This document shows, one piece after another, positions 1-9,333 of a DNA stretch of 64,000 nucleotides (position 1 is the stretch's first letter; every line of letters starts with the position of its first letter). The notes under the pieces are model-generated. The model was not told the origin of the DNA and did no database searches. It was given only the letters and a program-made list of their open reading frames with translations. The stretch is from assembly GCA_038258245.1 (NCBI GenBank), contig JBBSQB010000008.1:31405-95404 (forward strand). The letters run 5' to 3'. A program made the position numbers and the translations under genes. The stretch comes from Chthoniobacterales bacterium (GTDB lineage Bacteria; Verrucomicrobiota; Verrucomicrobiia; Chthoniobacterales; UBA10450).

Positions 1-618
1 AAACTGCCCGCCGAAGGCATTCCCTATCCGGTGATGGTTTTCGCCGCCATGCTGCCGTGGCAACTCTTCGCCACCTCGCTCACTGAAGGCAGCGGCAGCC
101 TCATCAACAATTCGAATCTCATCTCGAAAGTTTACTTCCCGCGCCTCATCGTTCCAGCAAGCTCGGTCATCGTTTCTTTCGTCGATTTCGCCATCTCCAT
201 GGTCTTGCTCGCCGGCATCATGATCATCTACCACGTCAGTTGGGGCTGGCCGCTTCTCGTTCTCCCGGTTTTCACACTCATCGCGCTCCTTGCTTCCTGC
301 GGCGCGGGCATCTGGTTGGCCGCGCTTAACGTGAAATACCGCGACTTTCGCTACGTCGTGCCGTTCATCGTGCAATTCGGCCTTTACATCTCGCCGGTCG
401 GTTTCAGCAGCAGCGTTATCCCCGAGAAATTCCGGCTTCTCTACGCCGCGAACCCGATGGTCGGCGTGATCGACGGCTTCCGCTGGTCCATCTCCAACGG
501 CGCCACGGCGTTTCCATGGCAAAGCCTCGAAGCCTCAGCCGTCATTATCGCGTTTCTCCTCGCGTCCGGGATTTGGTACTTCCGCAAAACGGAGCGCACG
601 TTCGCCGACGTTATCTAG
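1..618 (+). CDS. ABC-2 type polysaccharide/O-antigen export permease (Wzm/TagG/KpsM-like); 5' end lies outside the window
   Basis: The frame is open from base 1. Multi-TM protein with 'LPWQLF...NSNLISKVYFPRLIVP', typical of ABC-2 permeases. Stop at 616-618. Confidence 0.8.
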   Translation, partial: KLPAEGIPYPVMVFAAMLPWQLFATSLTEGSGSLINNSNLISKVYFPRLIVPASSVIVSFVDFAISMVLLAGIMIIYHVSWGWPLLVLPVFTLIALLASCGAGIWLAALNVKYRDFRYVVPFIVQFGLYISPVGFSSSVIPEKFRLLYAANPMVGVIDGFRWSISNGATAFPWQSLEASAVIIAFLLASGIWYFRKTERTFADVI

Positions 619-660
619 CGGGCGGCGGTTGCTTGTCATCCCCGCACCCAGGACCTAAGG

Positions 661-2475
661 ATGAGAGTGAAATTCCAACGACCGCGTTTGCGTCTGCTCG
701 CCTTTGCTCTTATCGCGTTCGGCCTCCCGGATGTCCGCGCGACCGAGTGGATCGTGGATCAAAAAAATCCAGCCGCCGATGATAAGAACGCGGGCAATGC
801 GGCTCACCCATTCCAATCCATCTCCGCCGCGGTGGCTAAAGCGAAAGCTGGCGACAAGATCAGCGTGCACGGCGGCGCCTATCGCGAAGTCGTGACCATC
901 AAAACTTCAGGAACGGCCGACGCGCCCATCGTTCTCCAGGCAGCTCCGGGTGAAATCCCGGTTATCAAAGGCTCCGACGTCATCCGGAATTGGAGCCGCG
1001 ACACCGGCGGCGTTTGGAAAGCAAAAATCCCCGACCCTCCCCGCGTCGCGGACGCAGTTAAAGGCGCCATCGCGTGGCACACCAAAGACATCCGCCAGGT
1101 CTTCACCCGTGACGGCGTCCTCTTCGAAGGCGAACGGCTCCTTCGGGTCAGGCAACGCGATAAGATGATTGAAGGTTCATTTTTCTGCGACCCGAAGGCC
1201 GGAGCGCTTTATGTCTGGCTGCCGGATTCGGCTTCGCCTAACGAGCATCCGCCCGAAGCGGCCGTGCGCGGCGCCTGGCTCTATGTCGACGCCAGCCACA
1301 TCGTCGTGCGCGGCTTGCAAATGCGGCACGCCAGCACCACCGCCATAGCCAACTGGCCCGCCGTCAATTTGAAAGGCAACGACATCACGCTCGAAGATTG
1401 CCAGATCACCTGGGGCGATTTCGTCGGCCTGAGCGTGAACGGATCCCACATCCGCGTCCGCAATTCCCTCTTCGCCTGCCACGGAGACTCCGGGCTCGGC
1501 GGCACGGGCGAACACAACACCATCGAAGGCTGCCGCGTGGTCTACAACAACGTCGACCGTTACAATCCCGAATGGCACGCCGGTGGCGCCAAGTTCATCC
1601 CAAATTTCCGGCACAGCATCGTTCGCCATAACGAATTTGCGCACAACGCCGGCACCGGCCTGTGGTTCGACAGCGGCTGCGACGATAACGTCATCGACGG
1701 GAATCTTTCGCACGACAACGAAGGGCCGGGAATCATGGTCGAAATCTCGACCGGGAACATCGTCTCGAACAACATTTGCTACAGCAACCGAAACCATCTC
1801 TCCGGCCCCTACCGGGACGAGAAAGGAGTGCTGACCGAACAGAACGCGAGCGAAAATCGAATCGCGCCCTCGCGCTTTCTTAAAATCTACGACGCGGGAG
1901 ACGGGCGCGGCATCTACATCTCCTCAGCTCCCGGAACGAAGGTTTTGCACAACACCGTTTATCTGAACGAAGCCGAAGGCATTTGTGTGGAAAGCCCGCC
2001 CCGGCTGGAAGGCGCAATCGAATACCGCACCCGCGATTACACCGTTGCCAACAACATCAGCGTCTTCAACAAAGGTTCGCAGCTCACTCTGCGTGGCTTG
2101 GAAGGAACCGAAAAAATTCCCCATCTCTCCGATCACAACCTCCTCTTCGCGACCGGTGCCGTCCTCGCCAAATATGGCTGGGAAGGCCCGCGCGCGCTCA
2201 CCATGGCCGATTGGCAAAAAGCGAGCGATCAGGACGCCCATTCACTCGACGCGGACCCGCGCTTCGCCCTCGCGGCCATGGACGATTTCCGACTTTTACC
2301 CAACAGCCCTGCTCTGCGGTCCGGCAAGTATTTTGCAGAAGCAAATCGTGACTTCTTCGGGCGCGCTCGCCATCAGGAAAAACCGGCTATTGGCGCCTGC
2401 GAGGAACCCGGTGCGAACTATCCGCAGCCGGTCTGGCAATCCCTTTCTGAAGTGATCCATTCGACTGAGCGATGA
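661..2475 (+). CDS. Secreted right-handed parallel beta-helix repeat protein (pectate-lyase/NosD-like fold)
   Basis: 604-aa ORF with an N-terminal signal peptide (LRLLAFALIAFGLPDVRA). Repeated 'N...I..N....N.g.GI' turns (HNEFAHNAGTGLWFD, GNLSHDNEGPGIMVE). Confidence 0.7.
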   Translation: MRVKFQRPRLRLLAFALIAFGLPDVRATEWIVDQKNPAADDKNAGNAAHPFQSISAAVAKAKAGDKISVHGGAYREVVTIKTSGTADAPIVLQAAPGEIPVIKGSDVIRNWSRDTGGVWKAKIPDPPRVADAVKGAIAWHTKDIRQVFTRDGVLFEGERLLRVRQRDKMIEGSFFCDPKAGALYVWLPDSASPNEHPPEAAVRGAWLYVDASHIVVRGLQMRHASTTAIANWPAVNLKGNDITLEDCQITWGDFVGLSVNGSHIRVRNSLFACHGDSGLGGTGEHNTIEGCRVVYNNVDRYNPEWHAGGAKFIPNFRHSIVRHNEFAHNAGTGLWFDSGCDDNVIDGNLSHDNEGPGIMVEISTGNIVSNNICYSNRNHLSGPYRDEKGVLTEQNASENRIAPSRFLKIYDAGDGRGIYISSAPGTKVLHNTVYLNEAEGICVESPPRLEGAIEYRTRDYTVANNISVFNKGSQLTLRGLEGTEKIPHLSDHNLLFATGAVLAKYGWEGPRALTMADWQKASDQDAHSLDADPRFALAAMDDFRLLPNSPALRSGKYFAEANRDFFGRARHQEKPAIGACEEPGANYPQPVWQSLSEVIHSTER

Positions 2476-3545
2476 GCCCAAAAGATCAGACCGAATGTTC
2501 CAGCATTGCGAAACAATCAGGAACAGTTGCTGCATGTGAACCGGGTGTGAGCCCAGGGAACATCACGATTGCGATTACAGTTTATAATCGTCGCAAATAT
2601 TTAGACAGAGCCATTCGAAGCGCACTGGCACAACGAAGGGGCGACGCGGGCCCGAAGGTGATAATCGTCGAAGATTGTGGTCCAGATCCTAAGCTGCGTG
2701 AAGAGATTGAGCGCGCATTCGGAGGCCAGATTGGCTATCATCGAAATACACGCCGTCGCGGTTTGTTTGATAACTGGAACGCTTGTCTGGAGTCATGCAC
2801 CACGGAATGGATTTGCATTTTGCATGATGACGATTTTCTCGAACCTAATTTTGCCGACGCGATGATTGAACTGGCCGAGGCCGCGCCGGGGCGGGCGCTC
2901 TATTATGGCGCCTGTCATGTTGTCGATGAGGAGGGAAAGCGAATCGAGGAGAGAACATATCCTGGCCAATTCGAATGGCATGAGCTCGCTATGGAGGAAT
3001 GGGCGCGTTACGATCCGGTCTGTTTTCCTGGACAATTATTTAACGTCGCCTGCGCGCGGGCTCTCGGAGGTTTCCGCGCCAGCTCCCGCTACTGTGCCGA
3101 TTGGGAGATGTGGTTTAGACTGGCCGCGGCGTATGGGGCCACTGCCACCAACCGAGTTGTCGCGAATTATCGCGAGCATCGTGCGGTTGGTCGCGGGACC
3201 ACCGACGTGGATATTTCCGGGCGGAAATATGCGCTCGTCAACGCACAACGGAAACGTCACATGGCCTGGTTGCGAAAGCGGCAGCCCGCGGCGCGCTTTG
3301 ATCGAAGAGCGCTCCAGGAGAGAGAACCGATGCCGGTAAGATTCCTGCTTGGGAACGCCCATGGTTTTACTCCCCTTATGCAACGCTACAATGCGGGCCT
3401 ATTGCTCTGTTCGCGTTCGCCTCATCTCCTTCATCTTGCCTTTCGAACCCTAACGGCATTGCTCACATGGAGAATTCTCCGCCCTTTATCAAAGCTCTTT
3501 CAATGGATTACGCGCAACGCGAGCCGAGTAAATGCAACAGCTTGA
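2472..3545 (+). CDS. Glycosyltransferase family 2
   Basis: 'ITIAITVYNRRKYLDRAIRSALAQ' Rossmann start and an 'ILHDDDF' DxD motif. The ATGA start overlaps the upstream stop. Confidence 0.8.
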   Translation: MSPKDQTECSSIAKQSGTVAACEPGVSPGNITIAITVYNRRKYLDRAIRSALAQRRGDAGPKVIIVEDCGPDPKLREEIERAFGGQIGYHRNTRRRGLFDNWNACLESCTTEWICILHDDDFLEPNFADAMIELAEAAPGRALYYGACHVVDEEGKRIEERTYPGQFEWHELAMEEWARYDPVCFPGQLFNVACARALGGFRASSRYCADWEMWFRLAAAYGATATNRVVANYREHRAVGRGTTDVDISGRKYALVNAQRKRHMAWLRKRQPAARFDRRALQEREPMPVRFLLGNAHGFTPLMQRYNAGLLLCSRSPHLLHLAFRTLTALLTWRILRPLSKLFQWITRNASRVNATA

Positions 3546-4212
3546 AACGATGAATCAAAGCATAGCCGACCTTTCTACAAAACCAGATGTCTATTTCGCT
3601 CAGACTCGTCCTGAGATGGTCCCGTTTGTCCCCATCAGTGCGAAGCGTGTTCTGGATATCGGATGCGGCGAGGGCGGCTTCGGTCGTGCCTTGAAGGAAC
3701 AAAGGAACGCCGAGGTCTGGGGGATCGAACTGGTTGCATCCGCGGCGGAAATCGCTCGAGAAAGGCTCGATCGCGTGTTGACCGGCGAAGTGCTGTCTCT
3801 CATTCAGGAGTTACCGGACGGACATTTCGATTGCATCACGTGCAACGACGTGCTCGAACATTTGGTGGACCCGTTTCAGGTCCTGGTGCAGATCAAACGA
3901 CTCCTGGCGCCGGGCGGCTCAGTTGTCTGCTCAATTCCAAACATCCGCTACTTCCGCTATTTTTTTAACTTTGTCGTCAAAGGAGAGTGGCGTTACGAGG
4001 AGGCTGGGATCATGGATAAGACCCATCTTCGCTTTTTCACGAAGAAAAGCATTCGTGAGATGTTCGAGTCGTTGGGTTATCGCGTCTTGTGCCTCAAAGG
4101 GATTACGCCTACATCATCGTGGCGGGTCGCTCTCTTTAGTTTTTGCACCTTCGGTCATTTCGAAGATACCAAGTACCTGCAGTTCGCCTGTGTGGCGCAG
4201 CCACGGGCTTAG
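3532..4212 (+). CDS. Class I SAM-dependent methyltransferase
   Basis: Motif I 'VLDIGCGEGGFG' followed by 'FDCITCNDVLEHL'. Confidence 0.8.
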   Translation: MQQLETMNQSIADLSTKPDVYFAQTRPEMVPFVPISAKRVLDIGCGEGGFGRALKEQRNAEVWGIELVASAAEIARERLDRVLTGEVLSLIQELPDGHFDCITCNDVLEHLVDPFQVLVQIKRLLAPGGSVVCSIPNIRYFRYFFNFVVKGEWRYEEAGIMDKTHLRFFTKKSIREMFESLGYRVLCLKGITPTSSWRVALFSFCTFGHFEDTKYLQFACVAQPRA

Positions 4213-4253
4213 GCGGCCGGGGCGCGCTCGATTTTCTACTCGTTCGAACCTTG

Positions 4254-5669
4254 ATGTCCCTTTTCAGCCGGCCTCTTTTGCCAACTTTGCTACGAAAGAC
4301 GGCCGGATCCGCGGCCGCCTGGGGTTTACTGGCCACGGCGATCCGAGTGCTCAGCGGTCTGGCCGTTCTCCCGTTAATGGTCCGGCTGCTACCCAGCGAC
4401 CAGATCGGCCTTTGGTATGTCTTCCTGAGTTTGCAGGGCCTCGCGGCTCTTTTCGATCTCGGTTTCGCTCCAGCCGCCACCCGGGCGACCGGCTATCTCT
4501 GGGCGGGCGCTTCCGAGCTCAAACATTTCGGTCTGTCGACGATCTCCACCACTGGAGATTCCTCCGGACCCAATTACAAGCTTTTGAACGAGCTGATTGC
4601 CACGATGCGACTGTTCTATCGTCTCTTTGGAGCAGTGACCGCCATCATCATGTTGCTCGGGGGAGGAGCCTGGATTTGGCACAAGACGGCTAACCTCCCG
4701 GACGCGAATGGACTCCGCGCCTGCTACGCCGTATTCGTGATCGGCGCTTTCCTCAATGCCACCGGTGATCTGTGGCCCGCCTTGCTTTCGGGGATCAACG
4801 GCGTCCGCCGGGCTCAGCAACTCCTGCTCGGCTCGGTTTTGATCAACGCTACGGCCGTCATTGTCGGTCTTTCGAATCACTTCGGGCTCTGGGCCTTGGT
4901 CGCCGGCAGTCTCGGATCGGGCCTCTTCCTTCGCATTGCTGGCCGGTTTTCGTTTCTTCAGATGCTTGGGTCGCAATACCAAAAGGCTGCGGTGCGCCTA
5001 CAACTAATCCAACGACTCTGGCCCACGGCATGGCGAAGCGGACTCGTTAGTCTGGGCGGTTATCTCGTCCTTTCTTTCAACACCCTCATCTGTAGCGCGT
5101 TTCTCAGCCTTGAGATTACCGGGTCCTACGGTCTGTCCATGAACATCCTTGCGATCCTGGCTTCGGCTGCGGCCCTTTGCACGCAAATCAAAATGCCGCT
5201 CGTGAATCAGCTCCGTGTCCGCCATCACATCGACCAAATCGTAAAGTTGTGGATTGGGCGAACTCGTTTGTCCATTGTCGCCTACATACTGGGTGGAGCA
5301 GCCTTGCTCCTCTTCGGCGGATTCGGCCTCGATCGAATAGGAGCAAACACGAAGTTTCTTCCTCCTGGGGAGCTGGCTTTGGCTTTGCTCATTATCGGGT
5401 TGGAGATGCATCATTCGCTTTATGGGGCTCTCGTAATTTCGGAAAATCAGAATCCTTTCGTGAAACCAGCGCTTCTCTCGGGAGTAGCAACGATCCTCCT
5501 GAGTCTGTTTCTCACCGCACGGATTGGCGTATGGGGAATGCTGCTGGCCCAGGGAGGCGTTCAAGCGTCGTTTAATAATTGGTGGACGGTCTGTCGTGGA
5601 ATCCGGGGGCTGGGGCTGTCAACCGCTGCCTATTGGCGGATGTATTTTCAGTTCCCTTTACGACTCTAG
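4254..5669 (+). CDS. Oligosaccharide/polysaccharide flippase (Wzx-like, MOP superfamily)
   Basis: About 470-aa polytopic membrane protein. Start placed at ATG 4254 (MSLFSRPLL) because the ORF-track start at 4143 overlaps the methyltransferase by 70 nt. Confidence 0.65.
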   Translation: MSLFSRPLLPTLLRKTAGSAAAWGLLATAIRVLSGLAVLPLMVRLLPSDQIGLWYVFLSLQGLAALFDLGFAPAATRATGYLWAGASELKHFGLSTISTTGDSSGPNYKLLNELIATMRLFYRLFGAVTAIIMLLGGGAWIWHKTANLPDANGLRACYAVFVIGAFLNATGDLWPALLSGINGVRRAQQLLLGSVLINATAVIVGLSNHFGLWALVAGSLGSGLFLRIAGRFSFLQMLGSQYQKAAVRLQLIQRLWPTAWRSGLVSLGGYLVLSFNTLICSAFLSLEITGSYGLSMNILAILASAAALCTQIKMPLVNQLRVRHHIDQIVKLWIGRTRLSIVAYILGGAALLLFGGFGLDRIGANTKFLPPGELALALLIIGLEMHHSLYGALVISENQNPFVKPALLSGVATILLSLFLTARIGVWGMLLAQGGVQASFNNWWTVCRGIRGLGLSTAAYWRMYFQFPLRL

Positions 5670-5732
5670 ATGCCCGAAGAACCGGGCAAGGAAAATGCAC
5701 CCAACGCGAGTTGCTTCGCGGCATCTGCAAAT

Positions 5733-6740
5733 CTATCGCGAAGTGCTCGCTATGCCGGCGTAGATGTCAATTAACCGCAGAGCTACGTCCTCCCAAGTTT
5801 TGGGCTTGGGCGGCAACGCTAGATTCGAACTCTCCGCGTAAAACTGTTTCAGAACTCGAATGTTCTCTGGCGCTCTTTTCGAAGAAAAATAGGAAGCCCT
5901 TTCTTGAAAACGCTCTCGCGACCAAGGTTGGTCTGGCACGAGCAAAGGCAAGCCGCAGGCGGCCGCCTCGTCGGCCACAAGAGACCAGTTCTCGAATGTC
6001 GAGAATAGGACAAAGCCCTTGGCGCCGCGATACAACCGGATCATTTCCTGTCGATCGAAGACATGATCCTGATAGAGGATGACTTTGCCATCGATAAGAC
6101 GACGAAATTGTTTCCAATACGGATCGCCAGCGTCATAGGGCTTTCCGACAAACAAGATGGGAACGTTTGCCGCAATGGCCAGGTTGGCGAGTTCAACCGT
6201 TCGCTTTTGCTTTGAAACAGTGCCGACAGATATAAGATATTTGCCGGTGGCGGACGACCTCGGCTCTGAAAAAAAGGCCTGCTCACAGCCCAAGGGAACG
6301 ACTCGAATGCGCTTCTCTGGGACGCCGTAAACGACGCGCAGTATCCGTTTTTCGGCTTCAAGGCCGACAATAATGCACTCGCTCGAAAGAAATGACCGCC
6401 AGGAAAGTTGATCCTTAATGCTTCGACCAAACGGCAATCCAAGAATAAATCGAGTCACGACACCTTGAGCCAGGATTTTTGGGGTCGATCGATTGCAAGT
6501 TTCGCTCAGCAGTACCGTATTCACGATCGGCAACCCTTTGCGCACGGCAAACGTCTGGTACTTTGTTGGCGGCGCGCCAAAAAAGTGGATTACATCACCA
6601 CCCTGACGGTCACTCCACCAACAAAGATTCTCGACCTCGACCCCGGAATTCTGGAGCGCCGCCTTGGTCTGTTCGATCTGCGTTTGAAAACCTCCATGCG
6701 CCAGCATAAAGGGGAGGTGGTGGTCAAACAGGATCTTCAT
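5733..6740 (-). CDS. Glycosyltransferase family 4 (GT-B)
   Basis: 'MKILFDHH' start at 6740 (the ORF extends to 6770). C-terminal 'E..S.v..EA.ACG.PLLV' GT1/GT4 motif. Confidence 0.75.
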   Translation of the reverse strand: MKILFDHHLPFMLAHGGFQTQIEQTKAALQNSGVEVENLCWWSDRQGGDVIHFFGAPPTKYQTFAVRKGLPIVNTVLLSETCNRSTPKILAQGVVTRFILGLPFGRSIKDQLSWRSFLSSECIIVGLEAEKRILRVVYGVPEKRIRVVPLGCEQAFFSEPRSSATGKYLISVGTVSKQKRTVELANLAIAANVPILFVGKPYDAGDPYWKQFRRLIDGKVILYQDHVFDRQEMIRLYRGAKGFVLFSTFENWSLVADEAAACGLPLLVPDQPWSRERFQERASYFSSKRAPENIRVLKQFYAESSNLALPPKPKTWEDVALRLIDIYAGIASTSR

Positions 6741-7025
6741 GTTGATCGGGCGCAAAGATGGCAAGGCCAATGCTCATCCCTTTTGCATCGAGCGATCGTA
6801 TACCGAAACGATCGCGACTCAACCGTTGAGGTTATTGTAGCGGCGCAGCTTGGAAAACTGAAAATGCCATGATCATTCCCGACAATTGGGATGAATTTGG
6901 CGTCTTCTCCGAATCCGACCCGCCTTTTGGTGGCTCTCACCACTCCGGTGCATCGGCCTTTGATCAGTGGCCTCGCGGGGAACAAGCGAAACTCTGTCAG
7001 AGTTCGTAGGCGGATATCCTGGGCC

Positions 7026-8195
7026 ATGCGCGTCGCTCTTCTCACCACTGATAATCGCGAGCACGAGCGCACCTACGAGAAAGCTTCGCCGCGATTTGGC
7101 CCCGCCGTTGAGTCGGTGCTCGATGGGCTCTCGCGCCGAAATGACCTGGAGATCCATGTCATTGCGTGCACCCAGCGGCCGATGAACGCTCCGGGAAAGC
7201 TATCCGAAAATACATGGTTCCATCTTTTGGATGTCCCGAAAATCGGCTGGCTGCGCACCGGCTATCAAGGTTGCGTCCGCGCCATTCGGAAGAGATTGCA
7301 AATTATCCAGCCCGATCTTGTCCACGGTCAGGGGACAGAACGCGAATGCGCCCTGAGCGCGGCTCTTTCTGGTTATCCCAATGTCGTCACCATTCACGGC
7401 AACATGGGACAGGTGGCGAAATCGGTTCACGCGCGCATTGGCAGCTATCTTTGGTGCGCCGCCCGGCTGGAAGCTTTTGCGCTACGGCGGACCGGCGGCG
7501 TTTTCTGCAATTCCGCCTACACAGAGCGAATGGTGCAACATTTCAATGAACAAACCTGGCGCGTCGCGAACGCTTTGCGCCGTTCGTTTTTCGATGTCCC
7601 TCTCCCCGACCGCAGCTCCTCCAAGCCCATTATTCTCACGATCGGTGTGGTCGCTCCGTTCAAGCGACAAGTCGAACTGCTGGCCATTGCCGATCAACTC
7701 CACCAGCGGGGCAACCACTTTGAATGGCAATTCGTGGGCGCGGCAAACGAGCGCACTCCTTACGCCCGCCAGTTCTTCACCGCGATGGAAAAAGCGGAGG
7801 GTTCAGGATATGCGCGGCACGTCCCGCCCATGCATTCGGAGGATTTGATCAAGCTTTACGACCAAGCTGACGCGCTGGTGCATGCGCCGAGTGAAGAGGC
7901 CTTCGGGCTCGTCGTGGCCGAAGGATTGGCTCGCAATCTGAAATTCTTTGGCCTCGAGATTGGCGGCGTACCGGACATTGCGGCGGGAGTGGAGACCGCC
8001 GAATTATTCGCCCCGGATCAAACCGATGCGATGGCGGATGCGATCGAGCGATGGCTGGGGGGCGGATTTCCTCGGCCCAAAAATGCGGCAAGCGAGATGC
8101 GTTCGCGCTATCATCCGGATGTAATTGCTCAACGGCACCTGGAGATTTATCGCGACCATCGTGTGCGCGTCCGTGCGGTGGCGTCTCAAACGTAG
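7026..8195 (+). CDS. Glycosyltransferase family 4 (GT-B)
   Basis: Start at ATG 7026 (MRVALLTTDN). C-terminal 'PSEEAFGLVVAEGLA' EX7E-type motif. Confidence 0.75.
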   Translation: MRVALLTTDNREHERTYEKASPRFGPAVESVLDGLSRRNDLEIHVIACTQRPMNAPGKLSENTWFHLLDVPKIGWLRTGYQGCVRAIRKRLQIIQPDLVHGQGTERECALSAALSGYPNVVTIHGNMGQVAKSVHARIGSYLWCAARLEAFALRRTGGVFCNSAYTERMVQHFNEQTWRVANALRRSFFDVPLPDRSSSKPIILTIGVVAPFKRQVELLAIADQLHQRGNHFEWQFVGAANERTPYARQFFTAMEKAEGSGYARHVPPMHSEDLIKLYDQADALVHAPSEEAFGLVVAEGLARNLKFFGLEIGGVPDIAAGVETAELFAPDQTDAMADAIERWLGGGFPRPKNAASEMRSRYHPDVIAQRHLEIYRDHRVRVRAVASQT

Positions 8196-8210
8196 GCTAA
8201 GCTATTCGCA

Positions 8211-8843
8211 ATGAACAACGCTCCTCTCTACAGAATATTCCGCGTCATTTCGCCCCATTTCCGACGCCGCCGCATGAAATGGCTCCTGTCGTATCTTGAT
8301 CCCAAAAGCGGCGCCAGGGTGCTCGACGTGGGCGGATATCCTTACACGTGGCGTGACCTCCCAGTTGCACTCAACGTAACGACGCTCAATCTCGAGAAAG
8401 TGCCCGATGAACCTTGCGCGCGAACCATGGTGGGGAACGGCTGCAAAATGGATTTTCCTGCCAGCAGCTTCGACATTTTATTTTCCAACAGCGTCATCGA
8501 GCACGTGGGAAGCGCTGACAAACAGAAGGAATTCGCCGCGGAGTGCCGGCGTGTCGGGAGAAGTTTGTGGGTGCAAACTCCCGCCCGCTCGTTCTTCATG
8601 GAACCCCATCTGATCACGCCCTTCATCCATTTTGCGTCCCTGCGCTGGCAGCGCAGGCTATTGCGGAATTTCACGACTTGGGGACTGCTTTCACGGCCCT
8701 CGCGCTCCGAGGTTGACGATTTTCTTGCGGAGGTTCGCCTTCTCAATCGTCGAGAGATGGAAGAATTATTCCCGGACTGCACCATCGTGACGGAAAGATT
8801 TCTCGGGATGCCGAAAAGTTATATCGCCATCCGTACTTGCTAG
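8211..8843 (+). CDS. Class I SAM-dependent methyltransferase (type 11-like)
   Basis: 'VLDVGGYPY...FDILFSNSVIEHV' motif pattern. Confidence 0.7.
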   Translation: MNNAPLYRIFRVISPHFRRRRMKWLLSYLDPKSGARVLDVGGYPYTWRDLPVALNVTTLNLEKVPDEPCARTMVGNGCKMDFPASSFDILFSNSVIEHVGSADKQKEFAAECRRVGRSLWVQTPARSFFMEPHLITPFIHFASLRWQRRLLRNFTTWGLLSRPSRSEVDDFLAEVRLLNRREMEELFPDCTIVTERFLGMPKSYIAIRTC

Positions 8844-9333
8844 ATTCTGTTCAGAATTATTTTGCCTGCGGATTGGCGGTGAAGCCTGCCGGATCTACGA
8901 CATCTTAAGCCAATATCCCGCGATGAGAAGATCACTCGAAGGACTTAAGTTCGTAATGCTGGGCACCAGGTGCGAATTTTCCCAACGGCCCGACGTAGCG
9001 GTTTTTGAGCGGCTTCGAAAGCGACGAACTCGTATTTTTCCGCCAACCGGGTCAATCCGGAGATGTTGGAAATCCTTTGACGATGCGCGCTCCGTCTCGG
9101 AGCCAACGGAGCCGGCGGAATTTCGCTTTTTCCGAGTAGTGTCTTTGCGAAGTGTCCGAGTGTCTCCTGCCGCTGAAAGATTCCCGGAGCTGCCTTGGAA
9201 ATCCGCATGATCCTTCCACGCCCACGATTCGGTGCCTTGGAAGAAAGGAGCCCGCAGGGCTGGCAGCAGACTTGCTCGTGCAACGATTTCGATTGAAATT
9301 CGGCCCGCTGCGCATCTGCCCTGATACCTCGCC

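Noticed and set aside
4143-4253. N-terminal extensions offered by the ORF track (flippase from 4143, mutL from 28409, trpB from 36027, trpC from 37464, epimerase from 18254, GT2 from 17139, HAAO from 39287, Fe-S carrier from 28099, Rieske from 43545)
   Set aside because: The extensions overlap upstream genes or encode non-homologous Arg/Gly-rich leaders. Internal ATGs give canonical family N-termini, often with ATGA start/stop coupling.
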